Of a stretch of DNA of 64,000 bases, positions 32,736-56,774 are shown piece by piece (the stretch's first letter is position 1; each line of letters starts with the position of its first letter). Both the position numbers and the translations under genes were made by a program. Where the stretch lies: assembly GCF_009914755.1 (NCBI RefSeq), contig NC_060931.1; one strand, 5' to 3'. This DNA comes from the human T2T-CHM13v2.0 reference genome, Homo sapiens. A model generated the notes under the pieces. The model was not told where the DNA came from, did no database searches, and worked only from the letters and a program-made list of their open reading frames with translations.

Positions 32736-33586
32736 CAATATTCTCCTTCTAGATAGTGTTTTAGATTTTTAGTTTACCAGACTTGTCGAATCAGAGTTTC
32801 TTAGAGTAGTTGTAACACAGAATCAACACCACTTTAAAACTATTGACCAGGTTGGTTCATCCAAATTATTAGGATGCTGTCTGTATGTGTTGTTGGAAGG
32901 AAGTTACTATTTTTGCCATGTTCTTATAAACATTTCTAGAAGCTGTATTGGTGTCAGTCAGGTGGTTTCATATGGTAACCACTCACAACACTGAAGTAGG
33001 GGGAGTGGGTGTGGGTGTGTATTTTAAGATTTTTCCCAAAGACATGTAGCCAGTTAGCCCAGACAATTGTATGTATTGAACCTACTTGTTTGTTTAAAAG
33101 GCTATAAACAATCATGCAGAATCATTTCCCCATAGTGCTAAAACCAAGTCCCAGTCAACAGAAGAGGAAAAGCCTTCTAGGTGGATATGACTTGAATAGG
33201 AGATTCTAGATGGTGAGTCAGGTTTCCATTTATATGTATCATTATTTGCAAAATTAAGTGACGCTAAATTCCTATCCCTTAGTGTTACAGTCTGGTTTAA
33301 ATTCTAGCCTCACTACAATATTAGTGTGCTCCTTTATACAAGTTGCTCGACTTGTGTCTTAGTTTCCTCATTTGTATAAAGGATCTGATAATCCTTTTGC
33401 TTATAATTAAAAGGAAGCACATGAATCATGTAAGTCTCTGGCTTTAAGCACTCAATGACTGGATCACCTTTCCAAGTAAGGAACCTAAACAAAGCCCTGC
33501 ATTCACAATTACATAATAGATCACCTAATCTGATTAAAATGCATTGTTACATTAAAAATAAACTAGACTTAAAGATAGGCAAACTA

Positions 33587-33955
<369 letters not shown>

Positions 33956-34097
33956 TTATTCAAACTACAACTTTACAGAAAGAAATCTGATATGAATTAT
34001 TAGTTATTTTAACTACAATGATGCCCATATACCAAGTTCATTTGCTCTGGGCAAAAGTGGTAGTTGAAAAGACTTCAGAGTTCCCTGCATCACTCAC

Positions 34098-34211
34098 CTG
34101 GAGGGCCCGTCCTTTGGTTTCGATGGGGAGAGTGAATGCAGAAATGGCGCATACAACACAGACAGATGAGAAGAGACACAGGGCCCCCAGTATTGATGCA
34201 CTCATAAGAAC
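34098..34211 (-). CDS. SVOPL: SVOPL penultimate exon (114 bp, VLMSASILGALCLFSSVCVVCAISAFTLPIETKGRALQ)
   Basis: ttgcag|GTT and CAG|gtgagt; last TM helix plus the MFS/SLC22 PETKG-like motif (LPIETKG). Confidence 0.92.
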
Positions 34212-35318
34212 CTGCAAGTCACAAGAGAATTACTCAATTTATTATGCTCCAGTTACCTCTAAACTGTTCTTTATGTGAAAGAGAAAATACGGATTCACTT
34301 CACTAAGATGGTCCTTTGCAGCCATTCTACAGGTTGTACCTTCCTGACAAATTGATTTATCTGAGCCAATCTGGTGTAGTCATTTTGTGTGATTAGTCCA
34401 AGAACAGGAACTGGTATTAACACGCATTGGCCAGGTAAGACCTCTCTTGGCATCCACCTGTCAGGCATCTCCAGAGCCAAGTTTTGATATATGGAAAAGA
34501 TGGGGGATCTGCCCGTTTCCCCACCCCCTTTCTCATACCATTTCAGCTTGCTTAACTTCTAACTCTCACTTCATGCTATATCCTCTGTCTGCCAAATATC
34601 CATTATCTCTTCAGTCCTGACAGCATGAAACAGGTGAAAGTTTTTTTTGGAAGAGGTGTTATCTCAGAGTCTCTGAAAGGATTGCTAATGTGTCTTGTCT
34701 CCGGTTATGGAGTTGTGTGACACCAAAACTCTTTGGTGTCAATTTTTCCACAGTAACTGGGTTTCTGTCCATCTGTACACATGCTTTGGCCTGGATCTTT
34801 TCACGCAGATACTGGTAATTCAGATACTCCATCTCATACTTCAGTTTCTCTTGGTCTGTGTTCTTGATAGTTCTCCATTAATCTCACAACGACAGTAAAG
34901 TATGAAGTGGTTAACCAACAGCAAAGCTCTCTAGAATCACAGAATAATGTATTATAATTTAGAAAGACCTAGAAACTATCTGGCTGAATACAATTTCTTC
35001 CCTTTACAGATGAGCCTAGACTAAGTGACTAGTCTCAGTAATTACTTGTCCAAAGTCACATACAGATCCTGACACACAGCCTAGTGTTACCACCACCACT
35101 TAGCTTCTCTTATGATACACAATTTGGGAGCGTACCTCCTGTGTTTCAGGGCTGCTGCTTTCCAAAACACTAAATAATTCCACTCACCGTGCAAACAGAA
35201 CCCACAACATTGATCTCACTAATTATTTTGCAATTGACCTAGCAAGTGACAGGTACTATGCTGATTTTGTCTCCCAAAATAATTACAATTTTCCCCAAAC
35301 AGGAGTTTGTATAACGTC

Positions 35319-35321
<3 letters not shown>

Positions 35322-35349
<28 letters not shown>
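35322..35349. repeat. (GT)n microsatellite
   Basis: Read directly from the sequence. Confidence 0.9.
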
Positions 35350-35352
<3 letters not shown>

Positions 35353-35559
35353 ACTGCTGGAAATCTTGGAAGCAAGCTCAGAAAAGGGATAGAAACCAAA
35401 AGGCCAGGCAGTCTAAACTAAGATCAGATCATGCCATAATTAGGCATGTGTCTAGATTCTGTCATTATTGCCACTTCTATTACTGGACACCAGAATTCTC
35501 GCCACCACCAGAATGAATCCTAAACTGTCCCCATTTTACATCCTTTACACCACATTTAA

Positions 35560-35788
35560 AGTCCTGGGTGGTGTGAGACCCGGATGGGTTGAGTTTGTTT
35601 GGGTCACCTAACTGTGCTCCAGCAGCCAGGGTCAGGGAGAGTAACTGCCTAGGCTTTTTGCCTTCCCTGAAGCTTCGTAACAAGACTCCACAATCCAGTA
35701 GATGTTACTGGGTATTTTTCCAATAAATTCTACCTAAGTTTACTAAAGTCAGTTTCTGTTGTCTGTAAGCAAGAACTCTGAGTAATAC
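35560..35788 (+). mobile_element. MLT1-like LTR 3' fragment
   Basis: ccaataaattc...gtttctgttgtctgtaagcaagaactctgagtaatac. Confidence 0.45.
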
Positions 35789-35899
35789 CTGATTATAAAA
35801 ATCATTTTGGAAATTTGTTAAAATGCAGATTTTTGGAGACCACTCCAGATTTACTGTATCAAAAGGAAAAAGATCTGTTGTTAATCTCTTCTTCTAAAA

Positions 35900-36650
35900 A
35901 GCAGCCCAGACCAGGAATAGAGAGACATTACATGATGACACAAGGGTCAATCCACCAAGAAGACGTAGCTATACTGAAGGTTATACATCAAATAAAAGAG
36001 CTTCAAAATACATTCAGCAAAACTGTTAGAAATAAAAGGAAAAATAGACATCCACAAATAGTTGGAGACTTTAATACTCCTACCTCAACAATTGATAGGA
36101 CTATTAGACAGCAAATCAGCATAGAATTTTATGACACCATCAAGCAATGGGATCTAACTGACACTTGTAGGACAGGCCACCCAATAACAGAATACATCTT
36201 CTGTTCAGGTGCCCACTTAACATTCACCAAGATAAACCATATCCAGGGCCCTAAAAGGATCCTCAAGAGATTTAAAAGAATTGAAATCATAGAGTGTGTT
36301 CTAGTCCTAAAAGGATGTCAAGCTAAGAACAGGTAACAGCAAAATATCCAAACACTTCTATGTAATCCATGCACTAAAGAAGTCTCAAGAAAAATTAAAA
36401 ATACATGGAATGGAATGAAAACACAACATGTTAAATTTATAGGACACAACTAATAGGAACAAAAATAGAATACTTAGGAATAAACAAGAAATGTATAAGA
36501 AAATTATAACTCTACTAAGTACATTAAAAAATCTACTTCAGTTCTTAGGCAAATACAATCTTGTAAAAATATAATCTTCACCAAAACAATCTGTAATTCT
36601 AATAGAAATTAAAATCCCAGCAGGATTTTGAGAAAAAACTAATTCTAAAG
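35900..36650 (+). mobile_element. Old L1M ORF2 endonuclease-region fragment
   Basis: ORF 35815-36336 contains IVGDFNTP, DLTD and SGAHLTFTKINH. Confidence 0.8.
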
Positions 36651-36656
36651 TTAAGT

Positions 36657-39320
<2,664 letters not shown>

Positions 39321-40205
39321 AAAAAGAAAGTTTCTAATAAATTATTATACTGAGAAGTGCATACTTTTAAAAAATATAAAACATAATTTGATAAGATTGG
39401 TCATCCACTTTTAAATGTACACTCTTTGGACCTAGAAATTATTCAATAGACTTTTTCTACAGAATTCTGCTTTTCCCTCCAACATGCTCCTGAGTCCCTG
39501 CCTTACTTCCCACGTGTCTCTGCCCTATTGTAGAAGCTCTCTCTAACCACCTCATCACTAGCTCCTTTGCCTGTTTTGTTTTCATAGCATTAATCATTAT
39601 CTGATGTATTAACTGACTGTTCATCCCTTGTCCGTTCTCCACTAGTATGTAACTTCAAAGAATCAGACCTTGACTATTTTAAAGTGTGTGGAACATAAAA
39701 GGGCTCAATAACTGTATGTTAAATGATTAAAATAGTTGCACATAAGCTGGGCATGGTGGTGCATGCTTATAGTCCCAAATATTCGAAGGCTGAGGTGGGA
39801 GGATCACTTGAGCCCAAAGTTTGAGGCTACAGTGATCCATGATCACTCCTGTGAATAGCCTCTGCAGCCTGGGCAACAAAGCAAGATCCCATCTCTTGAA
39901 AAAAAATACTCACATGTGGACAAAGGCGTGTTGTGCATAATGTTCAGTTTCCCATTGCTTGTAAATAGCAGAAAAAAATAAAATGCAAACAATGTATTCA
40001 TTGACAAGGTGATGGCTATCTAATTATGGCACATACATGCCACAGAAATCTATGCACCTACTTAAAAGAATGAGGGTAATCTACATGTACTGACATAAGA
40101 TTATTAGTGAGAAAAGGCAGTTGCTATATATATATATATATGTAGATGTGTGTGTTTATACACAGACATGTCTACATATATATTCACACAGATGTAGCTA
40201 TATGC

Positions 40206-40604
40206 TGTAAAGAGGTGTCTGACTCCATCCGACATTTGCTGATGGCCTTTAAGCCTCACTCCTCCCCCTTCCTTTTGTGTTCCACATCTGGACAAGCTTA
40301 TGAGAAAGCCTGAGTGCTCCTTCCTTTGGTGCCAGCAGGAGGCTTAAACCACAAAAGCCCCTGCCCTTGCATAGGCACCCTCACCCCATTTCCACCCCTA
40401 ACCACAGTCCCCTTCTCTTGCTCTCTCAGGCCATTTCTGACCTGCTTGAGAGGTCTGTCCTGCTCTCCCAGGACCTCAATTTTGTAAAGTAAGGTAAGAA
40501 ACCTTTTTATGCCCTCTTGGTGTGTGTTCGTGTCATCAGTCTCAACAAGTGAACCAAACTTTGAAAAGGGGGTTATCCATCTGCCTCTGCAGGTCACCAT
40601 AACA
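40206..40604 (+). mobile_element. Solo LTR (LTR47-like) inside a TA-rich tract
   Basis: TGTAAA...ATAACA termini; resembles the recalled LTR47 5' end. Confidence 0.55.
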
Positions 40605-40979
40605 CAGATATATCTAGATAGATATACAGATATTCATGGAAGTAACTCTATCTACAGATACACATGCATCTGTATATAATACATATAACATGTATATAAA
40701 ACACACATCTATATATACATACACATCCACATATATACAAATATGACTGGAACACACACAGACATGCCCAGAGAGACAAAACATATGTATATGAAAGCAT
40801 CTGGAAGAACTACAGTGATTATCTCTGGCAATAAATTACAGATAATTTTCCCTTATAACTTACAGGTCACATTTGACAGTTTACTTTAGAAACAAGCAGG
40901 CTTCCAAATTAATCCATTTTGGGGAGGTCTTGTGATTTGATGGTGACATTCTGTCTCCAAGTAAAGAAACCTATGGTAA

Positions 40980-41945
<966 letters not shown>

Positions 41946-41994
41946 GATATTCAGTTACATACTTCTATGAAGCTTTACAACAAGCATATTTTTA

Positions 41995-42334
<340 letters not shown>

Positions 42335-43037
42335 TTATCTCAAAAAAAAAAAAAAAAAAAAAAAAGTTAATATAAGAAATAATGGAAACAATGAACTATT
42401 CTTCCAATTCAAGAAGTTAAAGTTAATAAACCTAAGAAATTAGTGCAATGGAAATAAAAACAAAAGCTTAAGTGAATACACTGGAAAATAGAAACAAATG
42501 GGGTTGATAAATTGATGCATGAAATATTTTATTTTACGAAAAAATAAACCTAGTTAGAAATTAAAGTAAAAAATCATGGCATTAAGAATGTGAAAGAAGG
42601 TTGGGTGTAGTGGTGCATAACTGTAATCCCAGCACTTTGGGAGGCTGAGATGGGAGGGTCACCTGAAGCCAGGAGTTCAAGACTGGCCTGGGCAACACAA
42701 TGAGCCCTGAGCTCTAAAAAAGAGAAAAAAATGTGAAAGAGAAAATAATCGCTAATGTAGAGGAAATGAAAAGAACCACAAGAGAATTCTCCCCACAGTT
42801 CAATGCTAATAAATTTGAATGAAGCATTCAATAAAAATGTTTCCTGACATTTATTTAAAAAAAAAAAAAAAAAGGATAAAACTAAGAGAAACAACCAGAG
42901 AAGAAACGGAGAATGACCAAAGAACAACATCCTCAAAAGTGCCAGGACTCCCTCTTTCACAGGTAGCTCTTTCAAATCTCCAAGGAACAGAGTCTAGAGA
43001 GAAAAGAAAATTTTCCCATGTCTTTTTAATAAGACTA

Positions 43038-43385
<348 letters not shown>

Positions 43386-43871
43386 TCACCATCCATTTAT
43401 GAGAATTGATTCAAAAATGACAAATACTGTCAAATAAATCTCAATAGTTCACCAGCTGAGGCAAAGGCTCTGGCTGAGAGGGAGTCCTCGCTGGCCACCC
43501 AGCATTGCGGTCCAGGGCTCTCCCTCCCCACTCCAGCAGCCTTCGGGTGTTTTCCAATCAACCTCTTGCATGTGCAATTCCATGTTGGCATCTGTTTCTC
43601 CAAGGACTCAAATTCATATTTCAGTAAAATAGTTGAATACAAATAAATTTTTTTTTAAATTGTTTTTTTCTATTTAAAAAAAAAAAGCCAGTTAGAAATC
43701 ATTCATAAAATGTTTTGAGCACCAGGTCACTCAAGTAAGAGTTACTACGGTAGGAGCCGGGAACACAAAAATTAGCCATCTATGCACACGTCCTGGTCCT
43801 CATGGCGAGTAAAGTCTATTGGAAGAGATTGATTTTAAATAGCCTGGAAAATAAATGGGCAATTACAATAT

Positions 43872-44715
<844 letters not shown>

Positions 44716-44719
44716 ATAC

Positions 44720-45480
44720 AATAAGTGATATGAAGGAAAAGCTCAAGGTGCCATAAGAGCTCACAGCAGGGAGGCCAGACGGGTTTGGGGAGAGATGTCA
44801 GGAGTTTAATTTCAAACATGCTAGATTTAAGATGCTTTTGAGACATCCAGGCGAAAATGCTGGGGAGATAATCAGGTGGATGAATCTGGAGCGAGAAGCA
44901 AGGCCTCGTCTAGAGATAGAAGTTTGGGGTTCATGAGGAAGTCACTGGTAACTAAAGTCATAAAATGGATGATACCATCTCAATGGAGAGTGAAATAAGA
45001 AACTATAAGGGTCTAATATTGAGCAATAAGAAATCCACAACCAAAGAAAGAGTAGAGGAAGACAAGTCACAAAGACATGGGGAAGCAGCGGCCACAGAGG
45101 TCGGAGGAAACCCACAGAGTGCAAGTGATGGAGCCACCAGAAGGGAACACGGGATGCCGGAGGGAGAGCACGGCCAGCAGTCCTTAACGCAGGTCAAAGG
45201 TCAGGTGAGATGAGGGGTTAAAACGACCTTTGAACCTAGAGACACAGAGGTCACTGGAGACCTTACCAAGAATGATTTTGGTGGAGTAGAGATGGCTGCA
45301 GCCAGCTTGGAGGAGGTGAAGGAATGAGTGGAAGGCAGGAAATGAAGCAGGAAGAGAACTCTTTTAAGGAGGTTAGCTGGAAAGAGGAGAAAAGCAGTAG
45401 TGAACAAGGTTGATTTTACAGCTTGGAAGCTGTGGAACCCGAAGCATATTAAATGCTGATTGGAAGCATTCAGCATCAAG
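44720..45480 (-). mobile_element. L2 fragments
   Basis: Typical antisense L2 phrases (gagacatccagg...tagagatagaagtttgggg; gaggtcactggagaccttaccaag). Confidence 0.6.
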
Positions 45481-45489
45481 GGATAAATA

Positions 45490-48200
<2,711 letters not shown>

Positions 48201-48284
48201 AAATCACGTGGTCAAAATTGCCCTTGGGAAAACTCTTAAATCACTCAAAATACAGCACACACAAACATATTTATAAATTAGAGG

Positions 48285-49146
<862 letters not shown>

Positions 49147-49376
49147 ACGTACAGTTTCTCAATAAGTTCATGGCTTATTGGAAATCACTTCTGAAAAAAT
49201 TAAATGGATGTAATTTGATTCCCATTAACTTGTGAAGTTCTCTGTCATCTTACGAGCTGATTTTTTTTCCCCATGCTTCAAGAGAACATCAGGCATTTAT
49301 ATAGGACAAAAAGATCATCTTTCGGCTGTAACCATTAAATTAGGGTTTTTTTGTGACCCTTGAAAGATAAGACTTT

Positions 49377-51748
49377 GGTTAAAAGATTGAAAATTAAAGC
49401 TAGATAGGAGGAATAAGTTCTAATGCTCTATACCATTATGGTATGACAATAGTTAATAATATATAGCTTCGACAACCTACACCTCCCAGCCGCCTGCCTT
49501 GGCCTCCCAAAGTGCCGAGATTGCAGCCTCTGCCCGGCCGCCACCCCGTCTGGGAAGTGAGGAGTGTCTCTGCCTGGCCGCCCATCGTCTGGGATGTGAG
49601 GAGCCCCTCTGCCTGGCTGCCCAGTCTGGAAAGTGAGGAGCGTCTCTGCCCGGCCGCCATCCCATCTAGGAAGTGAGGAGCGCCTCTTCCCAGCCGCCAT
49701 CACATCTAGGAAGTGAGGAGCGTCTCTGCCCGGCAGCCCATCGTCTGAGATGTGGGGAGCGCCTCTGCCCCGCCGCCCCATCTGGGATGTGAGGAGCGCC
49801 TCTGCCCGGCGGAGACCCCGTCTGGGAGGTGAGGAGCGTCTCTGCCCGGCCGCCCCGTCTGAGAAGTGAGGAGACCCTCTGCCTGGCAACCACCCCGTCT
49901 GAGAAGTGAGGAGCCCCTCCGCCCGGCAGCTGCCCCGTCTGAGAAGTGAGGAGCCTCTCCGCCCGGCAGCCACCCCATCTGGGAAGTGAGGAGCGTCTCC
50001 GCCCGGCAGCCACCCCGTCCGGGAGGGAGGTGGGGGGGGGTCAGCCCCCCGCCCGGCCAGCCGCCCCATCCGGGAGGGAGGTGGGGGGTCAGCCCCCCGG
50101 CCCGGCCAGCCGTGCCGTCCGGGAGGGAGGTGGGGGGGTCAGCCCCCCGCCCAGCCAGCCGCCCCGTCCGGGAGGTGAGGGGCGCCTCTGCCCGGCCGCC
50201 CCTACTGGGAAGTGAGGAGCCCCTCAGCCCGGCCAGCCACCCCGTCCGGGAGGGAGATGGGGGGGTCAGCCCCCCCACCCGGCCAGCCGCCCCGTCCGGG
50301 AGGGAGGTGGGGGGGGGTCAGCCCCCCACCTGGCCAGCCGCCCCATCCAGGAGGGAGGTGGGGGGGGTCAGCGCCCCGCCCGGCCAGCCGCCCCATCTGG
50401 GAGGTGAGGGGCGCCTCTGCCCGGCCGCCCCTACTGGGAAGTGAGGAGCCCCTCTGCCCGGCCAGCCGCCCCGTCTGGGAGGGAGGTGGGGGGGTCAGCC
50501 CCCCGCCCGGCCAGCCGCCCTGTCCGGGAGGGAGGTGGGGGTGTCAGCCCCACGCCCGGCCAGCCGCCTCGTCCGGGAGGGAGGTGGGGGGGTCAGCCCC
50601 CCACCCGGCCAGCCGCCCCATCCGGGAGGGAGGTGGGGGGGGTCAGCCCCCCTGCCCGGCCAGTGGCCCCGTCCGGGAGGTGAGGGGCGCCTCTGCCCGG
50701 CCGCCCCTACTGGGAAGTGAGGAGCCCCTCTGCCCGGCCAGCCGCCCTGTCTGGGAGGGAGGTGGGGGGGTCAGCCCCCCGCCCGGCCAGCCGCCCTGTC
50801 CGGGAGGGAGGTGAGGGTGTCAGCCCCACGCCCGGCCAGCCGCCTCGTCCGGGAGGGAGGTGGGGGGGTCAGCCCCCCACCCGGCCAGCCGCCCCGTCCG
50901 GGAGGGAGGTGGGGGGGTCAGCCCCCCTGCCCGGCCAGTGGCCCCGTCCGGGAGGTGAGGGGCGCCTCTGCCCGGCCGCCCCTACTGGGAAGTGAGGAGC
51001 CCCTCTGCCCGGCCAGCCGCCCCGTCCGGGAGGGAGGTGGGGGTGTCAGCCCCCCGCCCGGCCAGCCGCCCCGTCTTGGAGGGAGGTGGGGGGGGTCAGC
51101 CCCCCCCCCCGCCCGGCCAGCCGCCCTGTCCGGGAGGTGAGGGGCGCCTCTGCCCGGCCACCACCCCGTCTGGGAGGTGTGCCCAACAGCTCATTGAGAA
51201 CGGGCCAGGATGACAATGGCGGCTTTGTGGAATAGAAAGGCGGGAAAGGCGGGGAAAGGATTGGGAAATCGGATGGTTGCCGGGTCTGTGTAGAAAGAGG
51301 TAGACATGGGAGACTTTTCATTTTGTTCTGCACTAAGAAAAATTCCTCTGTCTTGGGATCCTGTTGATCTGTGACCTTACCCCCAACCCTGTGCTCTCTG
51401 AAACATGTGCTGTGTCCACTCAGGGTTAAATGGATTAAGGGCGGTGCAAGATGTGCTTTGTTAAACAGATGATTGAAGGCAGCATGCTCGTTAAGAGTCA
51501 TCACCAATCCCTAATCTCAAGTAATCAGGGACACAAACACTGCGGAAGGCCGCAGGGTCCTCTGCCTAGGAAAACCAGAGACCTTTGTTCACTTGTTTAT
51601 CTGCTGACCTTCCCTCCACTATTGTCCCATGACCCTGCCAAATCCCCCTCTGTGAGAAACACCCAAGAATTATCAATAAAAAAATAAATTAAAAAAAAAA
51701 AAAAAAAATAAAAAAAAAAATAAAAAAAAAATAAAAAAAAAAAAAAAA
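49377..51748 (+). mobile_element. 5'-truncated SVA (probably SVA_E/F, human-specific) with 5' foreign segment, long VNTR, SINE-R and patterned poly(A)
   Basis: 15-bp TSD GAAAGATAAGACTTT at 49362-49376 and 51749-51763. Alu-like remnant from ~49472, GC-rich VNTR ~49530-51180, SINE-R to AATAAA 51675, ~70-nt A tail. No CCCTCT hexamer. Confidence 0.95.
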
Positions 51749-52249
51749 GAAAGATAAGACTTTATCTTTCATCCTTATCCAAGCCAGACTTAATTTTTTT
51801 TTTTTTTTTTTGGTGAGAGAGAGAAAGTCTCGCTCTATCGCCCAGGCTGGAGTATAGTGGTGTGATCTTAGCTCACTGCACCTCCGCCTCCCAGGTTCTA
51901 AGGGATTCTCCTGCCTCAGCCTCCTGAGTAGCTGGGATTACAGGTGCCTGCCACCATGCCCAGCTAATATTGTATTTTTAGTAGAAACTGGTTTTCACCA
52001 TGTTGGCCAGGCTGGTCTCGAACTCCTGACCTCAGATGATCAATCAGCCTCGGCCTCCCAAAGTGCTGGGATTACAGGCATGAGCCACCGCGCCTGGCCA
52101 GAAATGTAAATTTTTTACGCAGTCAGGTTTACCATGTTTTCCTATATCTTTATACTATAATAGAAAGGGTTTTCCAGAATTCTGAAATCTCCTCTTTCAT
52201 GGCAATAATACATGGCAATGTGAACTGAGAGTTGTCTTATAAGCTTACT

Positions 52250-53345
<1,096 letters not shown>

Positions 53346-53591
53346 ATTCAGTTGGGATAAAATAATTCTTGATTCTATGCTAACAAATAGACTGCAGCTA
53401 ATTGAGTCTCTTTTGGTGCTCTAACTGCCAAACTACATAAGAAGTCCTCTAAAACTTGTAGAGAATTACTCCAGAAAGAACTTACTGAATGGTCACCAAA
53501 ATAGGACCCTGAATTAAGGAATTCTCCTTCCTCCTAACAGAGTCTCTGTTTGTCTACTTTGCTCTCTTCTGAAGCCTGAAAGGCTGAATGA

Positions 53592-53802
<211 letters not shown>

Positions 53803-54554
53803 TAGCTGGGATTGCAGACGTGTGCCACCATACCTGGCTAATTTTTGTATTTTTAGTAGAGATGGGGTTTCACCATATTGGCCAGGCTGGTCTTGAACTC
53901 CTGACCTCAAATGATCCACCCACCTCAGCCTCCCAAAGTGTTAGGATTACAGGTGTGGACCACCACGCCCGGCTGGCATTTGAACTTCAAAGGGGTGATA
54001 AGGTTGAAGGGACGAGGCTGGAGATTTGGGGATGACAGCTATGCGACTGACGACAACGGAAGTGAGTCAGGCAAAGAGGCTGTTTAAAAGTTTTGCTCGA
54101 GTCACAAATGGGCTTTTCCACTGACATCTCTTTGAGGAGATTTTATAGAGATTTTAAATGCTTTTCAATGCTTTTTTTGGATGCTGGACCATCTCATTTG
54201 ATGAAAACACCATGTGAAGTCTGGCCACAGGGAGAGGTCTTGGTTGCATTACCCAAATCACAGCCGCACACCGTGAGGCTGTCAGGGCCTGTGCTGCAAG
54301 CCTAGGGTAAATCCCAAAGCCATGGACATGCTGAAAGGACTTTAACATCCATAGTAGGTTCCAGCAGTGCACACGTCACTGAACCAAGGAATGCCTGGTG
54401 TTATGGACTGGGTGCTTTTGTCCCTCCAAAATTCATAGGTGGAATCCTCAATATGATGGTATCACAGTTGGATGTGGGGCCTTTGGGGATGATCAGGTCA
54501 TGATGGTGGAGCACTCATGAATGGAATTAGTGTCCTTAAAAAAAGAGATCACAA

Positions 54555-55090
<536 letters not shown>

Positions 55091-55103
55091 TCACAGATGT
55101 ACC

Positions 55104-55375
55104 ACCCAGTTTAAGAAAGGAAAAATTTTTTAAAAAATAAAACAAAAATAAAAGACCAGAAAAAACTCTTTCCCCTCTTTCTGGATGTGAGGACACAAGA
55201 AGGTAGCTGTCTCCAAGCCGAGAAGAGAGCCCTCACTAGACCCAGTTTAAGAAAGGAAAAAAATTTTTAAATAAAATAAAAATAAAAGAGACCAGAAAAA
55301 ACTCTTTCCCCTCTTTCTGGATGTGAGGACACAAGAAGGTAGCTGTCTCCAAGCCGAGAAGAGAGCCCTCACTAG
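55104..55375 (+). repeat. 136-bp tandem duplication (55104-55239, 55240-55375)
   Basis: The 3' ~88 bp of the two units are identical. Confidence 0.93.
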
Positions 55376-56774
55376 AACCCAAACATGTGGGTGCCCGATC
55401 TTGAACTTCAAGCCTCCAGAACTATGAGAAATAAGTTTCTGTTTTTATAAGCCACCCAGAGTCTGTGGTACATGCTATAGCAGCCTGAACTAAGACACCT
55501 AGCTAGGGCTAAAGTGACTGATCTCTTGAAGTTTCCCAGAATAAGTGCGGAGGCAGCCCTTGACCTATTGGCAGAGGCCTTGCACTGGTCCCTTCTGTGT
55601 TTCAGTGAATCTTTAATACTTTTTTTTTTTTTTGAGATGGAGTTTTGCTCTTGTTGACCAGGCTGGAGTGCAATGGCATGATCTTGACTCACCACAAACT
55701 CCGCCTCCCAGGTTCAAGCAATTCTCCTGCCTGAGCCTCCCGAATAGCTGGGATTACAGGCGCGCATCAACAAACCCAGCTAATTTTATATTTTTAGTAG
55801 AGACAGGGTTTCTCCATGTTGGTCAGGCTGGTCTCGAGCTCCTGACCTCAGGTAATCCACCGGCCTCAGCCGCCCAAAGTGCTGGGATTACAGACATGAG
55901 CCACCACACCTGGCCCTGAATCTTTAAATACTTTTGTTGCAAAATTTTCCTTTATTGTTTTCTTGGACTACATACTCATGACTACTATTATTTTTTACTA
56001 TCATTAGTTTCTAACAACTAAATATCTTAAAATGTTCTTAAAGTTTTTCAGTGGGTGAATTATTATTAATTAATTTGTTTATTTATGACAGAGTCTTACT
56101 CTGTTGTCCAGGCTAGAGTGCAGTGGTGCAAACATAGCTCATCACAGCCTCGAACTCCCAGGCTCAACCAAGTCTCACACTTCAGCCTCCTGAGTAGCTG
56201 GGACTATAGGTGCATGCCATCATGCCTGGCTGGAACATTCAATTAATTAATTTATTTATTTATTCTGAGACAGAGTCTCGCTTTGTCATCCAGGCTGCCG
56301 TGCAGTGGCACAATCTTGGCTCAGTGCAACCTCCATCTCCCAGGTTCAAGCGATTCTTATGCCTCAGCCTCCCAACTATCTGGGATTACAGGCACCCTCC
56401 ACCACGCCTGGCCTAATTCTTATATTTTTAGTAGAGACGAGGTTTCACCGTGTTGGCCAGGCTGGTCTCTAACTCCTGGCCTCATGTGATCTGTCCACCT
56501 TGGCCTCCCAAAGTGCTGGGATTACAGGTGTGAGTTACTGTGCCCAGCCTGAAACATTCATTTTAAAAGAGACTTTTGTATTAAGCTTATAGTCATTAGG
56601 ATACGTAAACATATTACTGATTAAAATTTTTAGTTTAACTGGTTTAACAGCATGTTTTAGGCAAAAAAATAAGAAGGAGGAGCAAGAAGAAGGAAAAAGA
56701 AAAAGTGGAAGAACAAGAGGAAGAATTAAGTGAAAGGAAGAACTCATCTCCCAGTCCTCCCTATTGATAGCTGT

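Noticed and set aside
49428-51687. Many overlapping 150-213 aa Pro/Gly/Arg-rich ORFs
   Set aside because: These are stop-poor translations of the GC-rich SVA VNTR.
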